A stretch of 64,000 bases of DNA, taken from Minisyncoccota bacterium. Its GTDB lineage: Bacteria; Patescibacteriota; Minisyncoccia; Phycocordibacterales; GCA-2747955. The stretch lies in NCBI GenBank assembly GCA_020628915.1, contig JAHDEI010000001.1, forward strand, positions 19,985 to 83,984. The letters are read 5' to 3'. A program made the position numbers and the translations under genes. Numbering within the stretch: position 1 is the first letter of the stretch; the number at the start of each line of letters is the position of its first letter. The notes under the pieces were generated by a model. It worked only from the letters and a program-made list of their open reading frames with translations, made no database searches and was not told where the DNA came from. Positions 28,025-38,100 of this stretch are shown here, in pieces.

Positions 28025-28384
28025 ATGGACAAACTGTTAGCGGGTTTTATTACAGTGTTTGTATGCGCAATGATCTTTATCGCTATTGATTCATTCGGCA
28101 TCAGCCAAACTGAGCGTATATCAACTATTGTCGAGAAAAAAGTATACGAACCGCCATATACAACCACCTCTACAACCAAAATAGGTGACATCGACGTGCC
28201 GGTCACGACACATCATCCGGAGACCCACAATCTTCAATTTCGAATAGACAAGAAGAAACACTCTTTAGTTGTATCTTCTTCATTGTACTACCGCGTCGAG
28301 GTGGGTGATCAAATTAGAGTAACCTACACTATAGGGCGTATCACCAAGAAAGCCTATCCGAAAAGTGCATCTATTGCGGAATAA
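28025..28384 (+). CDS. Hypothetical membrane-anchored protein
   Basis: GAGGAGAG RBS and an N-terminal TM helix. Confidence 0.5.
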   Translation: MDKLLAGFITVFVCAMIFIAIDSFGISQTERISTIVEKKVYEPPYTTTSTTKIGDIDVPVTTHHPETHNLQFRIDKKKHSLVVSSSLYYRVEVGDQIRVTYTIGRITKKAYPKSASIAE

Positions 28385-28431
28385 AAAAATATTCTTTATT
28401 ATCTCTCTTATATACTAAGAGAGATATTTTT

Positions 28432-28860
28432 ATGTCTGAATTAAAAACAAAAAAGAATAATGTGTCAGTTCCTGCTTTTCTTAAAACAATTGAAGACGAA
28501 CAAAAACGCAAAGACGCCAAAGAGTTGGTTAAGATTTTTAAATCTGCAACAGATATGAAGCCTAAAATGTGGGGTTCATCTATCATTGGTTTTGGGTCAT
28601 ACCATTACAAATCGAATCGATCTTCTCAAGAAGGTGACTGGCCGCTAACCGCTTTCTCGCCACGAAAGGCTAACATTTCTATCTACCTCATGCCTGGCGT
28701 ATCCAAATACAGTAAAGACCTGGAAAAGCTTAGTAAACACAAAGTGAGCAAGGGATCGTGTTTGTATATAAAAAGATTAGAAGACGTTAACCTCAAGGTT
28801 CTCGAGAGAATTGTGAAAAAATCTACCAAAGACATGCAAAAGATGTATCCTGATAATTGA
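28432..28860 (+). CDS. DUF1801 (YdhG/YjdC-like) domain protein
   Basis: Pattern ...VSVPAFLKTIEDEQKRKDAKELVKIF.... A terminator follows at 28868-28890. Confidence 0.55.
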   Translation: MSELKTKKNNVSVPAFLKTIEDEQKRKDAKELVKIFKSATDMKPKMWGSSIIGFGSYHYKSNRSSQEGDWPLTAFSPRKANISIYLMPGVSKYSKDLEKLSKHKVSKGSCLYIKRLEDVNLKVLERIVKKSTKDMQKMYPDN

Positions 28861-28892
28861 AAATAAAAAGCCGCCAATATGGCGGCTTTTGT

Positions 28893-29405
28893 CTATCCGC
28901 GAGCCTGTCTCCATAGATGCCATGCAACCATACGAGATTTATCGCCGAAGAGATGTTTGAGTTGGTGGTACCACCGAACTGACTGCCTCTCAGCATACCC
29001 GTGATCACGAAACCATTTGTCTGTACCCGCAGTGCAATTCCCTGCCGCAACAGCATCGAGGCGTGTAGCGTCGGGACGCTCTGAGACCAGAAACCATATG
29101 ATTGCTGGCAGTTGTTTAATACGATAATCCTGTTTGTAAGCACGCTGTTTTTTAAGCGCAGCAATAGCTGTTCTGAATACGTCCCCACAATCTTCATCAT
29201 AGCGAGCATGGTATGACCAACCATCCCCACTCATTAAGAGCAGGATTTTTTCTCTGGTGGCTGGTAGATATGCATTATAGATCTTAAATGGTCCTTTTGT
29301 AGCCACTGGCTCTGTGGCATGGTATGACGTGATATCGTTTACTTCATCGTGGTGTTCTTCCGGATATAGAAATAACCTATCTAGATTACCAAAACTTAAC
29401 CCCAT
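28893..29405 (-). CDS. Hypothetical protein (locally GC-richer)
   Basis: The start is set at MGLSFGNL, which has a GGAGAAAAAAG RBS. No family recognised. Confidence 0.5.
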   Translation of the reverse strand: MGLSFGNLDRLFLYPEEHHDEVNDITSYHATEPVATKGPFKIYNAYLPATREKILLLMSGDGWSYHARYDEDCGDVFRTAIAALKKQRAYKQDYRIKQLPAIIWFLVSERPDATRLDAVAAGNCTAGTDKWFRDHGYAERQSVRWYHQLKHLFGDKSRMVAWHLWRQARG

Positions 29406-29469
29406 CTTTTTTCTCCTTAAAGCTCTAACTGCACCGATTATACAAAAAATGGCACCAAGTGCCATTTTT

Positions 29470-30378
29470 CTATTTATTCATTCCTTTAAGGTTTGCAACT
29501 CTTTGCTGTATTGGAGGGTGTGTCGAGAAAATTCTTTCAAGGAAATCTACTGACGTCTTATCTCGATCCAAAAACGGTGACGAGATGTAGAGGTGTGCAG
29601 TTGCTGTCCCTGCTCGTTTCACTGGTTTATTTTGGCCACCAATTTTTTCGAGAGCTGAGGCAAGTCCGTCAGGATATCGAGTCATCTCTACCCCACTAGC
29701 ATCTGCTAAATACTCTCTCTTTCGTGAAATAGCAAGCTGGATGAGTTTAGCAATGATTGGAGACAAAATAGCAAATGCTGCTCCGATAATGAGGATCACT
29801 AAGCGTGCCCGATCGTCTCCGCCAGACGCCCTCCCAGACTTGAACGCGCCGCGCATAAACAGATCAGCCATGATCGAAATAAATCCTATCAATGTTACAA
29901 CAATGGTCATTACTAGGATGTCTCTGTTTTTGATATGTGCCAGCTCGTGTGCTGCGACTCCTTCTAATTCTTTTTTCTCAAGACCATCAATGATCCCTGT
30001 TGTGAAGGCCATTGCAGCGTTTTTAGGGTTCCGTCCGGTTGCGAATGCATTCATTGCGGTGTCATCAATGATGTAGACTCGTGGCGTTGGCATTCCTTGT
30101 GAAATAGCAAGGTTTTCCACGATTCGTAATGCCACTTTATGTTTTGGATTTTTTGGATCCATTGGTTTTGCTCCTGACGCGGCAAGTGCTGCCTTATCAG
30201 AAAAAAAGTAAGACATAAAGTTTCCAAACATAGAAAAACCTACTGCTGCATAGAGAATAGAAGGATCATTGTAGGTAAACGAAAGTGCCCACCCTATTCC
30301 AATAATAAATACAAAGAAACCTCCCATGAGCATCCATGTTTTTCTGATGTTTGATCGTGCTTGCAGATGTGGAGTCAT
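29470..30378 (-). CDS. htpX: Zinc metalloprotease HtpX (M48)
   Basis: HELAHIKNRD zincin motif and four TM helices. Confidence 0.9.
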   Translation of the reverse strand: MTPHLQARSNIRKTWMLMGGFFVFIIGIGWALSFTYNDPSILYAAVGFSMFGNFMSYFFSDKAALAASGAKPMDPKNPKHKVALRIVENLAISQGMPTPRVYIIDDTAMNAFATGRNPKNAAMAFTTGIIDGLEKKELEGVAAHELAHIKNRDILVMTIVVTLIGFISIMADLFMRGAFKSGRASGGDDRARLVILIIGAAFAILSPIIAKLIQLAISRKREYLADASGVEMTRYPDGLASALEKIGGQNKPVKRAGTATAHLYISSPFLDRDKTSVDFLERIFSTHPPIQQRVANLKGMNK

Positions 30379-30379
30379 A

Positions 30380-30964
30380 TTAGAATTCTACTTTAACGTT
30401 TTCGCGTGCTGGAGAATCTTTCGCAATTTCAAAGAATTCTCTCATACTAAATCCAAAGACATTTGCGATGATATTAGAAGGAACTGACTCAACTTTTGTA
30501 TTGAAGTCTCGGACCGTACCGTTGTAAAATCGTCTCGATGCTTGGATTTTGTCTTCTGTGTCTGTTAATTCTCGCTGAAGCTCAAGGAAATTTTCATTTG
30601 CCTTTAGCTCTGGGTACCGCTCTGCAACTGCCATCAGTTTTGAGAGTGCACCTCCAAGTCCCGCTTGTGCTCCTTGAAACATTTTCATTGTTTCTGCGGT
30701 TACATTTCCTGCATCAATATTAATTGCTGTTGCTGCAGATCGTGCTTTGATTACTGCCTCGAGTGTTTCTTTCTCGTGTGCTGCGTATCCCTTAACCGTT
30801 TCAACAAGGTTTGGGATCAGATCGTATCGACGCTTTAGTTGCACGTCAATGTCAGCCCATGCTTCTTCAACACGGTTTTTGCCTGAAATAAATCCATTGT
30901 AGGTAAGGAATACCCATCCCAGAAGCACTGCTAACGCAATACCGAGTGTACTTAATACTTCCAT
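30380..30964 (-). CDS. lemA: LemA family protein
   Basis: N-terminal TM helix and the LemA fold. The lemA-htpX pairing is conserved. Confidence 0.85.
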   Translation of the reverse strand: MEVLSTLGIALAVLLGWVFLTYNGFISGKNRVEEAWADIDVQLKRRYDLIPNLVETVKGYAAHEKETLEAVIKARSAATAINIDAGNVTAETMKMFQGAQAGLGGALSKLMAVAERYPELKANENFLELQRELTDTEDKIQASRRFYNGTVRDFNTKVESVPSNIIANVFGFSMREFFEIAKDSPARENVKVEF

Positions 30965-31040
30965 AAATATTTGCTATTTTGTAATAAATAAATTTTAACA
31001 CAAAAACAGCAAGTGATTTTACTTGCTGTTTTTGTATTTG

Positions 31041-31122
31041 TACCTAGGAGAGGGGTCGAACCTCCACGCCCGAAGGCACTAGCTCCTAAGGCTAGCGTGT
31101 CTACCAATTCCACCACCTAGGC
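31041..31122 (-). tRNA. tRNA-Leu (anticodon TAG)
   Basis: The minus-strand sequence gcctaggtggtggaattggtagacacgctagcctTAGgagctag... has a long variable arm and T-loop ggttcgacc. Confidence 0.8.
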
Positions 31123-31166
31123 AAATGATTGAAGAATCTTAACAAAAAAATACAAAAAGGCAAAGA

Positions 31167-31652
31167 TTATTTTCTGATCTTGAGACACCAAGCATCAAAG
31201 CCATTAATTGAACATCCTTGATCTTGAGGAATTTGGTCTGGGTCATCAAAGACTGTCGCGATAACTGCTGCTCCACCTCCATCAATATACAAATAAGGGT
31301 GATCATCAGGTGAAACCGGCAATGCTCCCATAAAACCATCTCGAGTTAATTCATATAAACATACCCTATCTCCGTATCTCACGCCGATTTCACACCAGTC
31401 TGGATTGTTCCTGTTAACTGGGTATTCTCCATATAAAAGTTCTGACAAAATAATTGCCTGCTCTATTTGTCTCATCTCAAGTTTCTTGGATGCATCTCTA
31501 CCGTCTTGCGCAGCTTTTGCAAATTGACCCGACAAAAACCATACAAAAAAGACAACGGTACAGAAACCCAGGACAAGCTGGCTTATCTTTCGAACATTTT
31601 GTTGATTTTTTTCAAACATGAAATTATCTAAACCATTTTTTGTGAAGAGCAT
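31167..31652 (-). CDS. Type IV pilin-like/pseudopilin-like protein
   Basis: N-terminal TM helix followed by ...DASKKLEMRQIEQAIILSELLYGEYP..., the pilin alpha-helix signature. Two Cys pairs sit near the C-terminus. Confidence 0.55.
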   Translation of the reverse strand: MLFTKNGLDNFMFEKNQQNVRKISQLVLGFCTVVFFVWFLSGQFAKAAQDGRDASKKLEMRQIEQAIILSELLYGEYPVNRNNPDWCEIGVRYGDRVCLYELTRDGFMGALPVSPDDHPYLYIDGGGAAVIATVFDDPDQIPQDQGCSINGFDAWCLKIRK

Positions 31653-32655
31653 CGTACTCACCGTTCTCTCGGACTCGGAGAAGAGCTTGATTAATGTCTT
31701 CAAGTAGTAGACTGCCACTCGGCAAAGCCACTCCGTAATTCTCTGGATTGAAGAGTTCGCCCATTACCTGAACTTTTCCTGCTCCCTTATTACTAGCGTA
31801 AAATTTAATGATAGGAGCATCATGCACAACAGCATCTAACTGACCGTTGGCAACTCCATCAAATAAGTTATCAATACTTGAATACGTAATTGTTGCAAGA
31901 TTTTGTTTGCGCAAGAATGCCTCGGATGTTGACCCTCCGATGACACCAACTTTTTTACCACGCAAGTCCTCAACTGTACTAATTTTTGCTTTTTGTTCAA
32001 GAATTACTAGCGACGATGTTAACTCAGCCGTTGCGGCAATGAACCCAAAGAATAATACCGCGATCCACAAAAGGAAGATGACTCGACCTGCTGGCTTGAT
32101 TGGCAGCTCTTCGCCAAATGAACCAAGAGTTGCGAGTTTCCAATAAATGGAAAATAGTTTCTTATTCTGTAATTGGCCTTTGTACACAAATGCATAAAGT
32201 AATCCTCCTAGAACCACAAACAACAAAAGAATCCACAACATAATCCACCAAAATTCGGCATTCGAAATCGCCTTGAACAAATTCTTTGCTTGGGATTGTG
32301 TTGAGCTCATAATAAGCATCCCGCCATTGTAGATTGGTGATGAAAAGTCCATCACCTCTTCCCGATCAGCAGTAATAGAAATATTTGCAATCGCGGCATC
32401 CGCTTCACCAATTCGAGGCGCCGCAAGGAGATTAACGAATTTTTCTTTAACAATGAATTCGTATTGCCAGTCATTATACTGAGCAATTTTTTCCCATAGC
32501 TCAATACTGAATCCATCTAATCCCTGCTCTGTTTGGATAACAAAAGGGTGCCTTTCAATTGTTGCGACCTTTAAAACTTGATCACCTTCAGCTTGTGCCG
32601 AAACCCCCGGCACAAAAATGAAGAAGCACGACAGAGCAAAAACTATTTTTTTCAT
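31624..32655 (-). CDS. GluR0-like ligand-gated ion channel (SBP_bac_3 domain split by a pore module)
   Basis: Signal peptide, then periplasmic binding lobe 1, a TM helix, a pore loop TLGSFGE (K-channel-filter-like), another TM helix, and binding lobe 2. Confidence 0.65.
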   Translation of the reverse strand: MKKIVFALSCFFIFVPGVSAQAEGDQVLKVATIERHPFVIQTEQGLDGFSIELWEKIAQYNDWQYEFIVKEKFVNLLAAPRIGEADAAIANISITADREEVMDFSSPIYNGGMLIMSSTQSQAKNLFKAISNAEFWWIMLWILLLFVVLGGLLYAFVYKGQLQNKKLFSIYWKLATLGSFGEELPIKPAGRVIFLLWIAVLFFGFIAATAELTSSLVILEQKAKISTVEDLRGKKVGVIGGSTSEAFLRKQNLATITYSSIDNLFDGVANGQLDAVVHDAPIIKFYASNKGAGKVQVMGELFNPENYGVALPSGSLLLEDINQALLRVRENGEYDALHKKWFR

Positions 32656-32702
32656 AAAATAATTATATCAATAAAAAAATGCCTCCGGCACTTTTTTGTT
32701 GA

Positions 32703-33731
32703 TTACGATGAAATAGTCATTCGCTTTTTTTTATAATGAGTTAAATTCTTTTTGTAATCGTTTCTTGTTGTCCATTTTTTAAATTTAGCAGGCAATTTAT
32801 CAAAGCCCTTACATTTGTAGCTACAATACCCACCTTTTTGTTCAATACACTCTTCACAACCAATAAAGAGAATGTGGCAAGCCTGGTTTTTACAATGGTA
32901 GTGTGTGTCTGCTTTGTGTTTTGTACAAACATGACATGTTGCAATAATTTCATCAGAGATTCGCTCTCCCATTCGTTCATCAAAAACAAAATTCTTACCT
33001 TTGAACTTATTTTCAAGCTTTTGCTCTTTTACCTGATGCGCATAATCAATGATTCCTCCCTTGAGATGTTTCACATTTTCAAAACCATTATGCTTCATCC
33101 AGGCTGAAGCTTTTTCACATCGAATCCCGCCAGTACAATATAATGCAATCGGTGCGTCCTTTTTATCAGAAAGCTCGTCTGTAATAACAGCAAGCTCTTC
33201 CCTAAACGTATCGACGTTTGGTGTAACAGCACCTTCAAAATGTCCAACTTCCGATTCATATGCATTTCTCATATCAACCACTATCGCTTCTGGATTAGTT
33301 ACATAGTCATTTATTTCTGCTGCTGTTAGGTATTCGCCAGTATTTGACGGGTCAAAAGAAGAATCATTAAGTCCGTCTGCAACAATCTTATCTTTGACGC
33401 GCACTATCAATTTAATGAATGATTTAGAATCTTCTTCTACAGCAATCTTATATGGAATATCGTTAAACTCTGGTATTGATTTAATGAACTGATCAAAAGC
33501 TTCCCAATTATGTTCTGGCACATTCATCTGAGCATTAATCCCCTCTTGCGCAATATAAATACGACCCTTACACCCAAGAGCAAAAAACTTTTCATGTAAT
33601 TTCTCTCTCATTTTCTGTGGGTTAGAAATCGCCACATATTTATAAAATGAAAGCGTAATACGAGAAAAATCTTCCGCTTCGAGCTCTGCAAGTAGCTGCT
33701 CTTTTGATTTAAGTCTGTCCTCTTTTTTCAT
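32703..33731 (-). CDS. trhO: tRNA uridine(34) hydroxylase TrhO (rhodanese-like, YceA family)
   Basis: Rhodanese active-site loop YCTGGIRCE and a C-terminal Cys-rich tail. Confidence 0.8.
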   Translation of the reverse strand: MKKEDRLKSKEQLLAELEAEDFSRITLSFYKYVAISNPQKMREKLHEKFFALGCKGRIYIAQEGINAQMNVPEHNWEAFDQFIKSIPEFNDIPYKIAVEEDSKSFIKLIVRVKDKIVADGLNDSSFDPSNTGEYLTAAEINDYVTNPEAIVVDMRNAYESEVGHFEGAVTPNVDTFREELAVITDELSDKKDAPIALYCTGGIRCEKASAWMKHNGFENVKHLKGGIIDYAHQVKEQKLENKFKGKNFVFDERMGERISDEIIATCHVCTKHKADTHYHCKNQACHILFIGCEECIEQKGGYCSYKCKGFDKLPAKFKKWTTRNDYKKNLTHYKKKRMTISS

Positions 33732-33752
33732 GCTGATTATTGTACTGATTTC

Positions 33753-34520
33753 CTATTTTTTTACAAAAACAAAATGATCTTTTTTAGAACGAAGCTTGGA
33801 ATACACGTAGCCATCTCTGTCATACTTTTTAATACCCTTTGGTTCAACAATCATGTTTTCACACATCCACCCTGCGAGAGACCCGCGCTGCTGTTTCGTA
33901 TAGACGGTCGCTTGAGTGAGCTTTCTTCCCTTCTTTTGATAAAAAGAGACATTTATCCAACGGCCCTTCCAGGCAGAAGTATTAATTACTTTTGTATATT
34001 CTTCTGAGGCAAGATTGATAATTACTTTTGATTCCTTTTTGCCTAATAATTCTTTTGATATCCGAGGACCCCAGTATTCGTAGAGGTTTTTATATGTGAC
34101 ACCCTTTAATGTAAAGCCAAATTTGGTTCCCATCTCTAGTCGATAAGGCTGCATTAAGTCCAGAGGACGAAGTATTCCATACAAGCCAGACAGTACCCGC
34201 AGATGCTGCTGCATATAAACGTATTGTTTACGGGCAAATGTTGTATCGAAGGTTTTATAAACAGCTCCTGTAAATGTATGGATGGCTTGTTTTGCATTTT
34301 TTTGAGTATGCCTTTTTTTCCATGTGTCTATTCGGGCGATATTTACTGCCGTTATAGAATCATTTGTTTTAAGAAGTTTTTGTAATTCGTCCCCTGTCAG
34401 CTCGCGGAGTTTCCTGATGAGATGCCACCGCTCGTCTTCAAATAATGGCTCTGTGAAGAGTTCTGTTGGAGCTAAGGACTCGACATCTTGAGTCTTTGAT
34501 GGAGACAGTAGTATCAACAT
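33753..34520 (-). CDS. yaaA: Peroxide stress protein YaaA (UPF0246)
   Basis: N-terminus MLILLSPSKTQ and an overall DUF328 pattern. Confidence 0.8.
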   Translation of the reverse strand: MLILLSPSKTQDVESLAPTELFTEPLFEDERWHLIRKLRELTGDELQKLLKTNDSITAVNIARIDTWKKRHTQKNAKQAIHTFTGAVYKTFDTTFARKQYVYMQQHLRVLSGLYGILRPLDLMQPYRLEMGTKFGFTLKGVTYKNLYEYWGPRISKELLGKKESKVIINLASEEYTKVINTSAWKGRWINVSFYQKKGRKLTQATVYTKQQRGSLAGWMCENMIVEPKGIKKYDRDGYVYSKLRSKKDHFVFVKK

Positions 34521-34615
34521 AAAAATATTCTACACAAGTCAAATAAAAACACCACTTGTGGCTGATACAATGATATGGTAACTCCGGTTATATATTATTT
34601 ACTAATTACTCTTTT

Positions 34616-35104
34616 ATGGGACTATTTTCATTTATTAAAGACGCTGGTTCTAACCTATTCGGAAACGATGCAGAAGCAGCAGAAGATCGAGCGGGAATGA
34701 TTCGAGGCAAACTAGCTGAATTTGGAATTGACGGTGTATCAGTTGCTGTTGATGACGCAGCAGTAACACTTGCTGGTGAAGTTGAGAACAAGATTGTTAA
34801 ACGAAAAGCAATCATTATTGCTGGAAACGTGAGTGGAGTTGCGTCAGTTGACGACCAAATGACATACGCAATGGCAGAGATGAATGAAGGAGAAACGTCT
34901 GAAGCTCCAACAGCTACCGAAGAAGACTTATCACAAGAATTTTATACTGTTCAGTCCGGAGACTCTCTTTCTGGCATCGCAAAAGAAGTATATGGAGATG
35001 CTATGAAGTACCCTGTTATTTTTGAAGCAAACAAACCTATGCTTTCTGACCCAGATAAAATTTATCCAGGCCAAATGCTTATTATTCCTTCACTAGAAGA
35101 ATAA
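34616..35104 (+). CDS. kbp: BON + LysM domain protein (Kbp/YgaU-like)
   Basis: MGLFSFIKDAGSNLFG... BON domain followed by a C-terminal LysM (YTVQSGDSLSGIAKEVYGD...IYPGQML). Confidence 0.8.
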   Translation: MGLFSFIKDAGSNLFGNDAEAAEDRAGMIRGKLAEFGIDGVSVAVDDAAVTLAGEVENKIVKRKAIIIAGNVSGVASVDDQMTYAMAEMNEGETSEAPTATEEDLSQEFYTVQSGDSLSGIAKEVYGDAMKYPVIFEANKPMLSDPDKIYPGQMLIIPSLEE

Positions 35105-35107
35105 ATT

Positions 35108-35135
35108 AAAAAACACCGCCCTGCGGTGTTTTTTA
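35108..35135. terminator. Bidirectional terminator hairpin; copy 1 of an identical 28-nt repeat
   Basis: aaaaaa-caccgc-cct-gcggtg-tttttt. The identical 28-mer recurs at 42365-42392. Confidence 0.75.
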
Positions 35136-35149
35136 ATTTTTGATATTTA

Positions 35150-38100
35150 TTAATATGACACTGATACTCCGTTTTCCAGGAGAATCTCTCCAATTGGACA
35201 CCCAACCATTTCATTCATAAATTTATTGGTTGTTTTATATTTATATCCAGTTCCTTTCGTCAATCCCCACGGTTTAAGCATGGTTGCCGAAAATGTTTCT
35301 TGGAAATCAATCATTGATCGATAAATTTCATCGTCCCAGATAGTATTAATTGGGCCGTTATAGAATCCTAATTCCGTCATGAATACTTTTGTTCTCTGGA
35401 CCTCTACTGAATTAGTATTCTGAGTTCTACCATTGAACTCTCTAAAGACCGGACATTCTAGAGACTTATTACAGTTAAACGAATTAATTTTCATTCGTGT
35501 TGTCAGGTACACATACCCAGTTGGCTGAGTTAGTCCCCACACCTCTAGTACTGAGCTCGAGTATTTTGACTGGAACCGTTTTACGGCTTCGAAGTCATCT
35601 TGATCATAGGTCCCATCAAGTGCTAAGGCTTCTCCTTCGTGGTTGTTTAAGAACGTAATTAACTTATTAACCTCCACCGGGTTATTGGAACGACCGAGAG
35701 CAATTGTTTCTGTTAAGTATGGCTCACAAACAGAAAGAGTTGATTGTGTTAGTGTGGGAATAATTGTTTCTGTATTCTCTACCGACTCGAGACTAGAATC
35801 TTCCGGATACTCACACCGACTTTGCTTGTGTCGTCCATAAGTTTTGTAATTAATCGCAGCTGGGTCTTTACAGACAAATCTCACAGAAGAACCTCCTCCT
35901 GACGAGATACGAGGAGAAACCACAACGTCATGAGATGTTGCAGGAGAACTATTCCCTGCCTCATCGGTTTGAATCACTGATACGGTTGTTGTCCCAACAT
36001 CAGTAAATTGTACATATGCAGCAAACGTACTTGAAGCAGTACAGGATTCTGTCTTTGGATCTGGAATAATTCCTGGTCCGTATATGGTTACAAGGCTGCC
36101 TGGCTCACATACACCTGTTATTGGTAGTGATGTATTATTTGTTGCTGTAGATGGAGAAATTCCCGTAGGTGCGGCAGGCCCAGTTAAGTCAACAAATACA
36201 TCAACTGAAGTGGTCCCCGAGGTATTCCCCGCCTCATCTGTTACAGAAACATCTAGCGTGGAAGTTGCACCATCCGCCGCAGCGTCCCACAAAACATCTG
36301 TGGTGTATGTTCCGCTCGCGGTACAAGCTACTTCAGTAGGGTCAGGAATAATATTTGGGTTTGAAATAGTCACCGTCCCATTCGATTCACATGTTCCACT
36401 TACCGTAGTTGGGTTGCTCACATTTGTTGATCCGTCTGGGTCTGAGATTGTTGGGTCTGATGGTGATGTCACGTCCCCCGTTGCAAATACCGTGTCAGGT
36501 CCAGACATATTCCCTGCATTATCCGTGGCTGTTGCAGTTATAAATAGTGGTCCTTCATCGCCTGGAGAAACCAAAGGAGGTGCTACGTCACAGCTCCATG
36601 TTCCGTCTGGCTGCACGGTTGTCTGGCACACTTGTCCCCCTGGTGAAATAAGAACGTCGATAGTATCACCTGGTGTTCCGACTCCCTCTACGGTTCCATC
36701 AGTTGTTCCTCCATTTGACGGGAATGTAATAGTTGGCGTGGTTGGTGGATCTAAGTCAACAGTTACCGGAACAGAAATAGTAGATGATTGATTCCCTGCT
36801 GCGTCTTCTTCATACACATCAATAGTGGTAGATCCAGATGTCCCCGACTCCCATAAAATATCTACTGAATACATTCCTGAGGCATCACAAACGACCTCAA
36901 TAGGGCTACCTTGAATATCTGAGTTTGCAATGACTACTGTTGATCCTGGTTCACATGCGCCAAAAACCTCCGTTGGATTTCCGATAGCTGAACCAGTTGT
37001 TGGAGAATCCACAGTGATTGCAGATGGTGCAGTGCCGTCATATGAAATCTGATTGTCTGTTGAAACAGAGGTTGTATTGAGATTTCCGGAAAGATCCTCG
37101 ACGACCCCGACAGGGATAGATAGAGTGACAGCATCTCCATCTGTAACCCCTGTCACTTCTACTTCATATGTTGTGTCATCATTTGGAGCAACTTCGGTTG
37201 GCCCGTTAACAGTAAGACCTGCTATTGATCCCGAAGGGAACGCTGACAAGACAAGGTCAGAGACATCAAATGTTGTTTCATTAATTGGTTCTGAGAATGT
37301 GATGGTCCATGTAAGAGAATTCACATTTGTGGGGTCAGTCTGGTCGACTTTTTGTTCAACTGCAACTCCCGGATCATCGAGATCAACACTAACTGCCACA
37401 TCAGTCATCGGAGAAACATTTCCTGCAGGATCCGTTAAAGTAACAGAAAGGGTTGTTGATCCACTCGTTCCGTCAGCCCAATCAACTGAGACATCTTGTG
37501 GTCCTGCGGCAGTACACGTATATGTTGTTGGATTAGGGATGATATTTGAATTTGAAATGGTAATGATTTCATCAGGTTCATTACAAACAATTTCAACGTT
37601 TGTTGGACTATTAACTGTTGCCCCTGATACCGGTTCGTTTACTGTTGGGGCAGCAGGCGGATTTGTATCTACAGTTACCACATTATCAATTGATAGAGAC
37701 CCAGCATTAAGGTTACCAGCTAGATCTTGTACTGTGCCAGCAGGCAATGATACCTGAATGTCTCCATCTCCTGTGCTTGTAATTGTTAGCTTGTATGTTG
37801 TTCCATCAAATGGAGAGATTTCTGATACAGACGAAACTGCAACTCCAGCAGCAGTTGACGCAGATAGATCAAAGTCTGTTACTTCGACAGTTGATCCATC
37901 AACTTCTTCTGAAAAAGTTACGATGAATTGCGCTGCTTGTAAATACGTAGGGTCAGATTGAACTCCTGATTGCTCTAGTTGCACTTGTGGTGCAACCAGA
38001 TCTGGGGAAATGCCAGATACTGTTGTCGTAACAGATGTATTCCCTGCCGCATCAATACAGGTAACTAGAAGATCATACGTGTTTCCATTTGCAACACCTG

